A stretch of 60,529 bases of DNA, the filler included, from Basidioascus undulatus (Eukaryota), in the NCBI GenBank assembly GCA_000826855.1. It is 5 parts of 5 records of this genome, joined end to end, with 100 filler letters (N's around TTAATTAATTAA, not from the genome) between each part and the next. Parts side by side here need not be neighbours in the genome. Positions count along the whole stretch, not along the records: positions 24,256 to 36,281 come from JTLS01000957.1; 4 more parts are not named here. One strand, 5' to 3'. Every line of letters starts with the position of its first letter. Position 1 is the first letter of the stretch. The notes beneath the pieces are model-generated. The model was given only the letters and a program-made list of their open reading frames with translations, made no database searches and had not been told where the DNA came from. The position numbers were made by a program, and so were the translations under genes. Below, piece by piece: positions 24,301 through 36,381 of the stretch.

Positions 24301-25244
24301 GGGTGCGACGTCTGCGCTGCCTGCGCGGCCCACCGCTGCGCCCATCGGTCCGCCGCCGGCGTTCGGCTTCGGCGCGATCGGCAGCCCCAAGGCTCAGCAC
24401 ATCAACAGCGTCCCCGGCTTTGGCGTCCCGCCGCAGGTCTCGCCGGTGTCTCCAGGCCCGCTGCCGCGCCCGTCCTCTTCTGCGGCGTTCAACCACGACG
24501 GCATGCTCTCGCCTCACCTCGACTCCGACCCGCTGCTCAAGGGCCCGCCGCTCGGCCTTCCCAAGCCGAGTCCGACGCCCGCGCTCGGAGGCCTCGGCTT
24601 CGGTCCCGCACCGATTGGCGCGCCGGCGCACTCCCGTCGTGCGAGCCAAGGCGATGCGTTCGTCGCTCGTCCGCCGCCATTTGGCGCCGTCGGTCGCCCG
24701 ACACCGCCGCCAGCGCCCTCTGTCGGTGCCATCGGTCGGCCTAGCGGATCGAGCACGCCTACGGATGGGACGCCGCGGCCCGAGGCCGACAAGGTCAGCA
24801 AGCCGCTCGGCAGCTCGGCGCTCGTTGGGGATGACGAGCCGGTTGAGCGGGTACCGCGCAGGCCTTCGCAGCATGTCGCTCCCGTGAGCGGCCAGTGGGG
24901 TGTCAACGGCGATGGTAAGCTAGCAGCGCAAACCGGTTACGCAGGGACACATCTGATTCTTTTGGACCGGAACAGCCTTCGGTGGACTGAAGCCTCTCGG
25001 TGGCTCGACCTGGTCGACTCCCACGCTCGGCACGACCCCCCCGCTGCCGTCCATAGGCGCAACCTCCTCCTTCGCCACCCCGCCTGTTCGGCCTGGCCAG
25101 GACATTTGGGGCGCGTCGTCCTGGGGCGGACCGGGACTGTTCGGGTTCTCGTTGCCCAAGCCGAGCCCGACGCCCAACGGGACGCCCGCACCGCCTGCCC
25201 CGCCTGCGCCATCATCGTACGCGAGCCCGCCGCCGCTGTCCTAG
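24301..25244 (+). CDS. 3' part of a Pro/Gly-rich protein, possibly stress-response protein Nst1
   Basis: Repeated APIG/AIGRP motifs and KPLGSSALVGDDEP resemble fungal Nst1 C-termini. One intron (~24915-24975). Ends SYASPPPLS*. Confidence 0.6.
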
Positions 25245-26182
25245 TGACCGCTGCTCCCTCACTTCTGTCTCGTCGCATGTGCAATTTTTCTCACTCTAAC
25301 CTCCTCAACTCGCGTCGAACTTGATCATCATCACCCTACTTCCTGCCCCTTGTCCCCTTCCCCCTTCTGTCTCTTTGTCTCGCGTTCTTCCTCTCTTTCT
25401 TTCGACTCTCGTCATCGACCCATTCCCGACATGCGCATGCACAGTCTCTTTGAAGTTGACAGCCAACTAATGGTCCAACGTGCACCTGTGCAAGTCATAG
25501 AAAGCATGAGAAACAATGTTACAGAACGCTGCCGTCCCGGGCGCCGGTTGTCTGGCTACTTTGACAAGTATCAGATCTTACACAATTATCGAGTGCTTGG
25601 CTCCAATCCGGGATCGTTGTTGAGACAGGAAAGTGCTGGATGCGGGAGAGGGCTGACCCCGCTAAGCCACGCATGGCTGCCGATGTTTGGTCCCGCCTCC
25701 GACCTGTGTTTCCGCTTTCTCTACTTTTGATGGTAAATTTTATGATGTTGTTGTGTGATCCCAGGCTTGGTTCCGCTAGGGGACGGCACGCGTCTGCCGC
25801 TTCAAGATGCAGACCAAAAGGGTCTTTCATCATCTCCTCCCAACCTTTCTCGCTCTCGCCTTCCCCCATCTCGATCACCCTTCTGCCCCCGAGCCGTGCC
25901 CGCTTTCAACACTATCTTTCCTTCTTCTTCTGTCCCAAGACGCATAGTCCGATCTCGGCGTTCCTATTCCCTCCACTCGACTCTCGTTCCATACCAAAAA
26001 GATGAACCACCGCAATGCCGGTTTCGGGCAACAGCTTATGATCCTCGACTTTGGCTGCACTGAACCCGCGCTGGCGCGGGTATTTAAGCTGGCCCAACTT
26101 CCACGTCCGTCAAATTTTTTCTCCCCTACATCTATCCTGCCCCCACCCAGCGGACCCTTTTACCTGTCGTCAACTTGCAGCC

Positions 26183-27696
26183 ATGCACAACTCTCGCCCT
26201 CGCGTTCTCTGCCTCGGGTGGCCGACCGAGCCGGCCGTTCTCAGCGACTTGAAAGAGCTTGCCGAAATCGCCCATGTGGATGTAAGTCTTCCTTAGTCCT
26301 CGCAGAGTAGACGGTGGGTCGTGGCTGACATTTATCGCACGCTGCCGTCCCTCCCCATACAAAGAGCATCCCCTACCAGCCACGAGCGGACATGATCCGC
26401 GCGATCGAGCGGCACGCAGAAGAGAACGGGCCCTACATAGCTACGATGCTCTTCTTCTCGCCCGAGCTCGGAATGGTCGGGCCCTGCGACGCCGAGCTGC
26501 TGAAAGCCTTGGGACCGGGCTGCAAGCTGTATACGGGGCCAGGAGCGGGTGCGTTTCTCTTCGCTGCAATGCGAGGTTGCGTCATCTCAACCCGTCTCGG
26601 TCTGGATTTGCAGGGTATGACAAGGTGGACACCGCGTGGATGTCGAGGATGGGAGCGAGCTACGCGAACTCCCCCTCCGCTGTGGTGCGTTTCTTTGCAG
26701 CCCTCTGCCATCGCCTCCCTTGTCGCTAACCTAACTGACCTCTGAAATAAGGCCGAACCAACCGGCCACGCAACCTGCATGCTCATCCTCATGGCCCTGC
26801 GGGGGATGTCCGCGAACGAGATGAGCGCCCGCGCCGGGAACTGGCTTGGCAAGCGCAAGTTTGGGCAAGTCCTCGGGGAGGACTCGAGGGGCAAGGTGCT
26901 GGGCCTGGTTGGGATGGGGTCGATTGCGAAGGTGCGTCTCGATTCTCCCTCTGCTTTCTTAAGGGTGAACGGGAGTCTGACAGAAAGTGCGTGTGCCCAG
27001 GTCGTCGCTCGGGGGATGAGCGTGTTCGGGATGGAGATCCACTATTACTGCAGGCGACAGGTCACCGATGCTCGTGAGTCTTCGTATTACTGGAGCAATC
27101 GTTGAGGGATCTTCCTAAAATGGCTTCCTTCAGCCGCAAACTACATCTATCACTCGACGCTCGAGTCGCTTCTCGCGGTCACCGACGTCCTCAGCCTGCA
27201 CTGCCCGCTGACGGCCGAGACGCGGCACCTGATCGGCGACGCCGAGCTGACAATCATGAAGAAGGGGAGCTTTGTCGTGAATACTTCTCGGGGTGCCGGT
27301 ACGTTCTCTTCAGTCCCCCTGTTTACACATGAGCACTGAAACTGACGTTGTGCGCTTGCAGTCGTCAACGAGGCCGCGCTGGTTCGCGCCCTCAAGTCTC
27401 GGCACATTGCTCGTGCTGGTGAACTTTATTATCCTATTCTTCACACCGAGGAATCTCGGAAAAATTCTGACTTTGAGGACTCGCCAGCGCTGGACGTCTT
27501 CGAGCACGAGCCGCAAATCCACCCGTTCCTCCTCAAGTGCCCACGCGTGACGCTCTCGCCGCACTGCGCGGCGATGACCCGGAGCGCGCCCATCGGCATG
27601 GACCGCGAGATCATCGAGAACGTCCGCCAGTTCCTCTACGGCGAGGACGTCCGGAACGCGGTCACCGGCCCGCTGTCGATGTTCCAGGACGTCTGA
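26183..27696 (+). CDS. D-isomer-specific 2-hydroxyacid dehydrogenase (glyoxylate reductase-like)
   Basis: GPGAGYDKVD, GKVLGLVGMGSIAK (Rossmann), DVLSLHCPLTAETRHLI, VNTSRGAVVNE, LDVFEHEP and TLSPH. Catalytic R/E/H present. Confidence 0.92.
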
Positions 27697-28249
27697 ATTC
27701 CTTGCTGCGTGTTTACATCAAAGGACCTTTCTGTGTTTAGGACACTCGGATACTTTACTCTCCACTTTTACAATTGTCCTTTTTCTGTAGAACAGCTCGC
27801 ACCTTGCTGGTCAGACGCTTGTATTATTTCGCTTTGCATCGCACATTCGCACGCAGCTGCATTGAACCAACCCACCCTCGGTTCTTTACACTCGTTCTCA
27901 GGAGCAGGTCGGGATTTCCAAGATAGGAGGATCTTAAAGAAAGTTCAAACCACAACTGGAATCGCTAAGTCGTCATTCTGAACTCGGACCTCGAGCTGAA
28001 ACTCGTGTGCGCTGCGGCTGTTGAAAGTCGTCCTCTGCGCGACTCTACTTCCTCGGGTACCTATACGTGAATTTAAGCTGAATCTCATTTAAAAGACCCC
28101 GAGATGTCCTCAACAAGAACGTGACAAAACGATATCTTGTCCGCGCATTTTGGCGCTGCAGAAAACCGATGCGTACTGGCCGGTACCTGCCTCGATGCGA
28201 CATGCCCCTCCTTGCACCGTTGTACATCTCGCTGTTGCTGCTCGCCCCC

Positions 28250-29999
28250 ATGCCGCCGCCTGATTTCCTCCCGCCCGAGATCTGGTCGGAGGTCGTCACG
28301 CACATCTCACCCGATGAGCTTGTGCCCTCCCTCGCAGTCGCCCCGCTTTCGAGCGCCCGCGCCCTGCACGATGCCGCCTTCGCCCGCGTGTTCTCGACTG
28401 TTTCGCTGAGCATCGACACGCCCGTTGCCCTGCGCACCGAGACGACCAAGGTCGAGCGCTGTGCACAGCGACCTGAAGTATGCGCTGCTGCGCGCACGAT
28501 CAAGGTCAAATTCGATGTATCCTCGGTTGCAGAGCCGGAGGACGAGGACGAGCTCGTGAAGGTGGAGGAGAGATGGGCTGGCTTGGCCCCTGCACTTGTT
28601 TTCTGTACGTGGGCATGCAGTTCCAATGGATATGATGTACCCCGGAAAATTGAACAAATCCTCCAATCCAGCGTCCTTCACTCAATCGCTCGGGAACAAC
28701 TTGCGGTTCTTCAGCTGGACGAGCATCGGGACTGTCCAGGTCCAGCTGTTCGCGTTTTACGTCGACAGACTCGCCGCTATCGCACCTCAGCTCGAGAAAT
28801 TGCTTATCGAGTTCGTCAAAGCTCAATCTTAATTACATTCCGCTGGCTCATCGTCTCGCTTTCCAGGCACCTGCGTTTCACCAAGGGCGCCGCGAACGAG
28901 CCCCAAGGCCTGGACCTATCTCTCTTCCCCTCTCTCCGCGACGTTCGCCTTTTCGCCCCCTTGCTCAGAGACTTCTCCGCGCCAATACGGACGATCCCAC
29001 CCAACGTCACCCATTTCTCATACGAGTATGTCATCCCCGCGCAAGGGTACAAGCGGCCCATCCTCGGCCCGCTCGACCTCTCCTCGCTCCTCTCCCTCGA
29101 GCTGTACACCTCGCCCCTCGCCCCCACCGACCTCATGCATGCGCTCCCACCTACTCTTGACGACCGGCTCGCGCCCTCAGACATGCTCCGCAAGCTCGCG
29201 CTGCACGGGTGCCAGGGCCCGAGTCTGCACACGCTCCTCAGCGCGCTCGCCGCGTGCCGGACCTTCCCTCACCTGCAGTCGTTCACCTTCTCCCCGAACG
29301 AGGACGATATCACGGACGAGTCGACCATCCTCGACGTCGTCCACGCCTTCGCGGCCTTCGCGAAGCGCCACCGCTCCCTCAGCCGCGTCTGCTTCGGTGC
29401 GCACTTCTACCCGATCGACTCAAATTTCTCGGACCTCCATCTCGTCGCCGTCTTCAACAACGCGTGTCGCGCCCCGGAACTCCGAGAAGCCCTCGCCTCC
29501 TTGCCCCATCTGCACACGCTGATCCTCGCTGCGCCCGTGCTCCTCGGCTGCGATGTGTTCGCGCTCGACCCGACTTTCGCAGCTGCATTGCCCCGCATCG
29601 AACAGCTCGTCCTCCGATATCTCCACACATCGGCGCTCAATGCCGCGTTCGACCTCTCTGAAGGTTATGTTGCGCCTGACCCGAATTACGTATGTCCTGC
29701 CTGCCTTACAACCACGGAATGACGGATGTCCAGCTGAACTCGTTCTCGCGCCGCAGTTCACGCACGTCGCCAACGCCCTCCGCGCCTATACCTCGCTGGA
29801 GACCTTTGTCGTCCAGACTTCGTTGCAGGGGCAGCTGCCAGCATGGGACGACAAGGACTTCCTCTTCGCAAAGACCGTGCACGACGTCGTGCCTCGCCTC
29901 GAACTTGTGGGAGTCGACGATCAGCTGTGGGAGTGGAAAGGTGACAATGTGCGGATTGTACCGGATGGGATTGAGATGGTCACGCGGTGGGTGCCTTGA
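28250..29999 (+). CDS. F-box-like / LRR-like protein
   Basis: N-terminal FLPPEIWSEVVTHI followed by LxxLxL repeats (FPSLRDVRL, FPHLQSFTF, LPHLHTLIL). Several short introns. Exon boundaries approximate. Confidence 0.7.
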
Positions 30000-30129
30000 C
30001 ATGCATATCTGCTGTACAAGATACGAGCTGCTTGGCTTGCCTGCTGTCGAGCCTGTTACGTCGTCTTGAGTTCAAACAATGCAAAACAACGCGATTGCAA
30101 AGCATCCCAAACTGCATCTACACCGTGCC

Positions 30130-33054
30130 TCAGTTCCACCCTCTCAGCTTGCCCACGCGCTCCCAGACCTCCCCGCCGCCCGCGTCCTTGCCCTCCCTCC
30201 ACTTGCGCGCGTCCCCAGCCTCGCACGCCTCGCGCCACTTGTCCATCTCGTCCCACTCCACGTCCAGCGCCCTGACGACGTTGCCGAGGTACCCCAAGTC
30301 GCTCGCGAGCTGGCGTGCGCCGATCTCGCTCAGCGGCGCACGCAGCGCGGGGAGCATTGTGCCCGTCAAGTGCGAGAGGAGCGTGAGCGTGAGACTGCTG
30401 AGCCACGTGCCGAGCACCATTTCGGCCGGGAGCTGCTCTTCCTCCGCGCCTGCCTGGCTGAGCGGGAGCGCATCGACAAAGGGGAGCGTCTCGACGCTGT
30501 GCGCGAGCGCGCGGTCATCCACCACGTACGACTCAAAGAGCCCGGGCAGGTTGAGCAAGCCCTCGCCCACGCGCGCAATCGTCTCGGTCGGGGAGAGCGA
30601 GAACGTCGGGACGGCGATCGATCCTGGGCGGGCGGCGGGCGGGGACGCGCCCCAGACTGGGAGGGACGGGTAGGGCGCGAGGTGCGCGAGGAGAGGGGAG
30701 AGAATCGTCCGCTGCAGAAGCTGCTGCGTCGAGGCCGTCAGCGTCTTGAGCGCGGAGGCCGTGCGCGGGAGGAGCCGCGGGGTAGGCGCTTGCGCGGGCA
30801 CGGCGGGTGACGGGGGCGTGGGCGCTGAGGCGCTGGGCGCGGGGGAGGGGAGGAACGCCGACTCGGTTCGCCGATGTTCGGGGCGGGAGGGTGTCGTCGG
30901 CGTCTGCGCTGCAGCACTGCTGACGCTGCGCGAGTCGGACCGGCGGTGCTCCAACTTCGGCGTGACGGCCGTGGCAGCCGGCGAAGGCGGGGCGGGCGCG
31001 GGGTCAAACGTCGCGATGAGGGTTTGGAGCTCGAGGGAATTGAGCGCGCTCTGCTGGAGGAGACTCAGGGCGGCCCTAGGACGCCCTTTTGGCGGTGCAG
31101 GCGGGAAGTACCCCGGGCCTCCGCTGCCTCCGCTGCCGCCCTCGAGCGCGTGCAGCTCCTTCGCGACGGACTCGACCTTGCTCCGCGCCGCTTCCTCGAA
31201 CCGCTTCAGCCGGTCTCCGACCTCACGGCACGTCTCGAGAAGGCGCAGGCTGAGCTGGAGCACCGCCAGGTCCTCCGGCGTGTAGTCGAGGTCCGCTGCG
31301 GCGCCCCCAGCACCTTCGGCACCAGACGACGGCTTGTGGCCGTCGAGCGTTGCGCTCGCGCGCGCGAAGAAGCCCGAGAGCGCGGAGTCGAGCGTGGATA
31401 GGAGCGCGGGGAGCGCGAACCCAGCAGTGAAGATGACGCAGCGCGCGAGGGCGTCATCGGCCAGCGCGAATGCACGGGAGGCCTTGTCGCGCAGCGCTTT
31501 GGCGCCGTCCGCGGGGTGCAGTAGCCGCGGGGGCTCGTCCCAGATGGTACGGAGCTGAGGGTCGAGCGCGCGGCGCTCGAGCGTCGCGTATGATGTCTGG
31601 AACTCAAGGAAGGGCTCGAGCAGCGCGACCTCCCATGGCTCTTCTGGGGCAGCCGACGGCGCGCCGTAGAGGCCTCCGCCCGTCCCTGGGAGGGCGAGGA
31701 AGTTGGGGCGCGAGTCGGTGGCGGAAACGCTGAGACGGTGGCTGGTGAGACGGCGGGAGAGGCGCTTAGCTGACCGCTGTGCGGCGGGGGAGGGTGTGGG
31801 ACCAGCGCTGACGGGGGAGTGCTCTGAGATGGGAGAGGCGATAGGGGATGCCGGTGGGAGGAGCTTCGCTGTAGTCGCGTGCGCGAAGAGGACGAACGCG
31901 ACGGTGTGCTCGTACGCGGCGATGAGGTCCGCGAGGCCGGTGGAGGAGGCGAGTTCGGAGAGGGGGGTCGGGAACGAGGGCGAAAGGGCGTCGATGGTGG
32001 AGAGGAGGAACGCCGAGATGGTCGGGAGCGGATCGGGGAAGATGAGGGGCACCGTGTCCGTCTCCTCCACGAGCAGGTTCTGCAGCGCCTTGAACCACGT
32101 CGGCAGGACGTCCACGACGCTCGCCTGCGCGAGCTCCTTCGCCCAAAGCTCCACCACGTCTCCGCGCCTCGTCCCGTTCCAGTAGCCCCTAAACTCCTCC
32201 TCGCGCTCGATCCGCCCAAACACCCCAAAGTACGCCTTGCACGCGTCGACGTCGCGCGCCTGGACCGCCGCGACGAGCGCGCTGCTCAGCGCCGCCTCGA
32301 GCCCGTTCTGGAGCGAGAAGAGCAGAGACCGACGGGAATCGTACTCGGGTGTGTTGGCGAACACGCCCAGGCTCGAGGCTGCTTCGGCGAGCCGGTCTGC
32401 CGCGCGCGCGTGCGCCGACTCGGCGATGAGCGCGGAGACCTCGGGCTCTAGCGTGGACCACGACTCGGCCTCGCGAAGGACGGCGTGCGCAGCGGTCATA
32501 TGGCTCTGGACGGTGTGCAGGTATCGGAGGCGGTCGAGCGCCTGCGTCGTAGGATCTTCGTCGGAGGCGGAGGCGGCGCCCGAGGTGGATGAGGCAGGGG
32601 CAGCTTTGAGCTGGACGGCGCGCAGAGAATGGCGCAGCGCCGACGCGTTCTCGCGCATGAACTGGAGGTCGTAGTTCAGTCGGGGGACAGTGCGCGACAC
32701 GTCAGCGATGGTGCGCTCGAGCGTGGATGCCGTCGCGGCTGCAGCGACCTCGAGGCGGGTGAGGAGCGAGTTGACGCGCTCGTCAACCTCGGCCAGGTCC
32801 GTACTGCTGGAGGCTGAGGTGGTGTTGTTGGTGGTAGAGGGGGAGGGGGAGAGGAGGTCGTTGAGCCAGGCGGTGACGGAGGGATAGGCGTCGAGGGAGG
32901 CGGCGAGCGCGGCGGAGGAGGAGCTCGAGAAGGGATCGTCTGGGGTTGTGGTCGTCTTGCGGGAGATGGGAGGCGGGGACGCAGCGGATTCGGTCAATAC
33001 CGGGAGCGCAGAGGTGCGCTGCGAGCGCCGAGGGAGAGGTGTGCTGGCCGCCAT
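30130..33054 (-). CDS. COG7: Conserved oligomeric Golgi complex subunit 7 (single long ORF)
   Basis: Uninterrupted 974-codon ORF from MAASTP with DVSRTVPRLNYDLQFMRE, LREAESWSTLE, LQNGLEAAL, FSLSPTETIARVGEGLLNLP and GARQLASDLGYLGNVVRAL. Confidence 0.85.
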   Translation of the reverse strand: MAASTPLPRRSQRTSALPVLTESAASPPPISRKTTTTPDDPFSSSSSAALAASLDAYPSVTAWLNDLLSPSPSTTNNTTSASSSTDLAEVDERVNSLLTRLEVAAAATASTLERTIADVSRTVPRLNYDLQFMRENASALRHSLRAVQLKAAPASSTSGAASASDEDPTTQALDRLRYLHTVQSHMTAAHAVLREAESWSTLEPEVSALIAESAHARAADRLAEAASSLGVFANTPEYDSRRSLLFSLQNGLEAALSSALVAAVQARDVDACKAYFGVFGRIEREEEFRGYWNGTRRGDVVELWAKELAQASVVDVLPTWFKALQNLLVEETDTVPLIFPDPLPTISAFLLSTIDALSPSFPTPLSELASSTGLADLIAAYEHTVAFVLFAHATTAKLLPPASPIASPISEHSPVSAGPTPSPAAQRSAKRLSRRLTSHRLSVSATDSRPNFLALPGTGGGLYGAPSAAPEEPWEVALLEPFLEFQTSYATLERRALDPQLRTIWDEPPRLLHPADGAKALRDKASRAFALADDALARCVIFTAGFALPALLSTLDSALSGFFARASATLDGHKPSSGAEGAGGAAADLDYTPEDLAVLQLSLRLLETCREVGDRLKRFEEAARSKVESVAKELHALEGGSGGSGGPGYFPPAPPKGRPRAALSLLQQSALNSLELQTLIATFDPAPAPPSPAATAVTPKLEHRRSDSRSVSSAAAQTPTTPSRPEHRRTESAFLPSPAPSASAPTPPSPAVPAQAPTPRLLPRTASALKTLTASTQQLLQRTILSPLLAHLAPYPSLPVWGASPPAARPGSIAVPTFSLSPTETIARVGEGLLNLPGLFESYVVDDRALAHSVETLPFVDALPLSQAGAEEEQLPAEMVLGTWLSSLTLTLLSHLTGTMLPALRAPLSEIGARQLASDLGYLGNVVRALDVEWDEMDKWREACEAGDARKWREGKDAGGGEVWERVGKLRGWN

Positions 33055-36000
33055 TTTGATCTGTGGGAACGCGTTCAGCCACAAAAGCATGGATGTCGGA
33101 AGAACAGCACTCACCGCTTGTGGCCGCCCTCGTGCTCACTGTCTACGCCGAGCCACCTCCTTTTGCGATTTTTGCCTGAAAGGTTGATTCCTATAGCGTC
33201 AGAACAGTGTCACGGGCCACTGGGTGAAAGCGCTTGTGCAGCATGCTCGGAGGTAGAGGCAGGCGCTGAACTGCCTCGCAGGGAAACGGCAGACAATCCC
33301 CTACAGGAGGTATTATTCTTCCAACCCTGCAGTCGCTTCCGACTCCATGACCGCAGCCAGGTCTCCCTTCACCTCCCTGGAGCGTAGCATGAGCAGCGAG
33401 CGCACCTTGCAACCTGCGCCTCCAAGGCTGAATCTCCAAACTTCGGTATGAGAAGGCCGAATAATATGGCGCAGTGTATCTCCCGAATAAAGGCTAGTTT
33501 GTGCGTGTACAGTTATGATGCGGAGGAGTTCAGACAAGAGGATGTGAGCACCCGAGGCATCAGTGGCCAGCGAGTCGCGCTGGGAACGCGTTTCCTTTCG
33601 GCCACTGTGTATTCTCATGGAGCCGAAACGACTGCGGGAGTTCATCTCGCGGTCCGCTTCGCCTACAGAACTATTAAGTGGTATAGGGAACCCACATCTT
33701 GTGCTTTGAATGAGTAATGCACAAATTTCCAGGACACAGTGTCTGGAATTGGTCATACAGCCCTGTGGGACGAAAGCGCAGGCTTGGGGCAGGCTGCGGA
33801 ATTATTCCGCCCGATGTTGTGTCTGTGCCTCGGCCACTCTCGCAACCAAGTGCAGCTCGAGAAGGTTTGAGCTTGAAGCGATATATCACCTGTGTGAACA
33901 GTACTACATCTGTCGGTATAAACTTGAGATGAGAGTAGTGATGCCGGGGAGTGATTTACGTACGCTCCTGCTCCCAACGCTGCTCGGTCCGTCTTTCCTT
34001 GTTTTCCACCAAGTTCAACTATGACCAAGCGCTCAAAGACCTCTCCGCATTTGTCCAGCATCACAACCTTGGCAAGGTTCTCGTCTACGTCCTCATGGAG
34101 ACGATCCTCAATTCCCGCCTTTGCGGCTGGATCCCCACGAATGTAGCTGTTGCCTTCCTGATAGCTGCGCCGTTCCCCGTAGACACGCTCACAAGGCTGG
34201 TGCATTATCTCGGGCTGTGCCATAGTGTTTACATAATTGACATTCCGATTGCCTGGCTCGGTTTCATCTGACGTTCTGTTAGCTATGCGCCAGAGCCTTC
34301 GTCTCGTCACGACTAGTTACCTGACGCTGTACACCTGATTCATTTCTGACTCCCCTCTTTCTCCCGATGATGGTACCCCCCCGCAACTGGCATCCCGCAT
34401 TTCGCTCGCTCCCGCGTCCGCACATGCATCTCGTTTCACTGCACTCTCCACATTCCCGTCGTTCGCTTTACCATTTTTCGCGCTTCAGACCTGACTCGAG
34501 CCACTGTCACACACGACTGACGTCCGCGCCTGACTCCGTCCATGTGTCGCTCTGTGCAACTTTGTGTGGGTAGGAACGTTCAGGCTTGAGGCTGCTGACT
34601 GACTGCGTCGACGTGCAGAAAGGTCTCAGACTGAGGTGTGGTGGAATGATGCGTTGGCCTGCAACAACGGAACGCAGCTCGAGAGGATTGTTGAATCTCT
34701 TAAATATTGTCTAAATATGCTCTGCAGTTGCCACAGACGCAGAACAGGCTCGTAGTCGCACGCGATTGCATCTAGAGCTTCGCCATTCCCGGTTCATGAT
34801 CGCTTTAGCCCAACTGCCGACTAAGGCTCGAAAGTCCAACAAACTCCAAAGGCGCTGGAGCGCTGCTTAAACCCTTGCTTATTTAACTTGATACTGTAAG
34901 AACACTTCGAATCCGTCTTGACACACAAGCGAGTGAGAAAGGCTTCGACCGACGAAGCCTAAGGAGGAACGTGCAGTGTGCAGTTTGCGCTCGCGACTGT
35001 GTCCAGCTTTTGCGGATATTTCTTAGGGTAAAGTCTCTTCACGTGACAAGATTTTGTAATTTGAGCCATAAGAAGACGGTATTTTTATTATACAGGCAAC
35101 GTTTGCTTAGGTGAACTGTGCTGGGTGCGGGTGCTTCGTGGTTTCGTTCGGTCTACGAGACCACAGGTCCAAGACACTTTCAGCATGACAGGAGTTCCAA
35201 AAACTTCTTGAAAGAGATATTTAAGTTGATTTGTCCCTCAATCTCGCCAGCATGCGGCCCAATGAGCCTCTCCCATAGCTCACGAGTTATGTCGTTGATC
35301 TGGCAGGAGAGAAGTCGACGTGTGCCAACCGCTCCTCACGACCGTGTGCAAGGACTCGTGATCTTTGTGTCTGTTAGTATCTAACGCTGACATTTATTAT
35401 GTGCGCCCGACTGCGACGCATCACTGAGCTGAAGGACGTTCCACGCCGAAGCCCGACCGACACCCTGTACAGGTGGTGGTGACCGTGCGAGGCCTGGTCT
35501 TCTCGTCATGGACTTCTCGGGACGGGCTTGCTAGGGATCGGGGATGGAATGGTCGAAGTCATGCCACTGGGAGCTCCCTCGTCGCTGCGTCGGGTGCCGT
35601 CCTCCGCTGGGTGAAAGCGCTGAGAAGACAGATACAACAATGCACAGTCGCAGCACAAAGTAGCATCAACGAAGACATGTAATCACATTCTCCCAAAGAC
35701 CCAGCTAAATCACGAGCTCTAAAGCGTATACGTGAGTGTCACAAAGCAGCAGTAGTACAGTTGAAGCAAACGAACAAACAAAGCACGAGTAAGCGGGGCG
35801 TTCGATCCGGTCGACACGATACGAGTGGGGGGAAAAGGGTAAGGGTAAACTACTCAGGGTGGGGCGAGTGCGAATATGATCGCTGCTCTCGGGATACGTG
35901 TAGTATAATTCAAGCTAGTTAGGAAGGGTAGGAAGGGGGTGGGAGTACAACAGCGCGGGATATGTGAGGCTATGCGAGCTTGAGTGTGTGTATGGGATGG

Positions 36001-36281
36001 AATGTGTGTGGAGCCAATGCAGGTACGACGTAAACTGGATAAGACGAGAACGAGAACGAGTAACTGGACAGGGACGAATATGCGCAGAGAAAATACAGGA
36101 AAGTGTCCGTGGGGCTGAATGAAACGAGATAGATGCCCGAAAGAGAAGTAACGAAGAAGGGGGAAGGAACCGCCTCATCGCCCGACGACGCGGACTGGTT
36201 GTCGAGCGGGTGCGGGCGCGGGACGGCGGGTGGTGGAGGGTGAGGGAGGACGAGTGGAGGAGCGGGTGTGTGCGGAGGTGG

Positions 36282-36381
36282 NNNNNNNNNNNNNNNNNNN
36301 NNNNNNNNNNNNNNNNNNNNNNNNNTTAATTAATTAANNNNNNNNNNNNNNNNNNNNNNNNNNNNNNNNNNNNNNNNNNNN
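36282..36381. other. Artificial contig linker
   Basis: N44-TTAATTAATTAA-N44. Confidence 0.98.

Noticed and set aside
28121..29722. 533-aa ORF as a single-exon protein
   Set aside because: It reads through apparent GT-AG introns (~28606-28670, ~28811-28866) partly in the wrong frame. The spliced model from 28250 is more plausible.
29987..32674. Numerous long antisense and alternate-frame ORFs over COG7 (likewise over PP4R1, uS10m and mS45)
   Set aside because: These are shadow ORFs caused by high GC3 and few stop codons. Translations are Arg/Ala/Ser low-complexity with no motifs.
33120..36281. ORF 33753-34310 and the purine-rich contig end
   Set aside because: No recognisable domain. The end may be the 3'UTR or last exon of a minus-strand gene, but evidence is insufficient.
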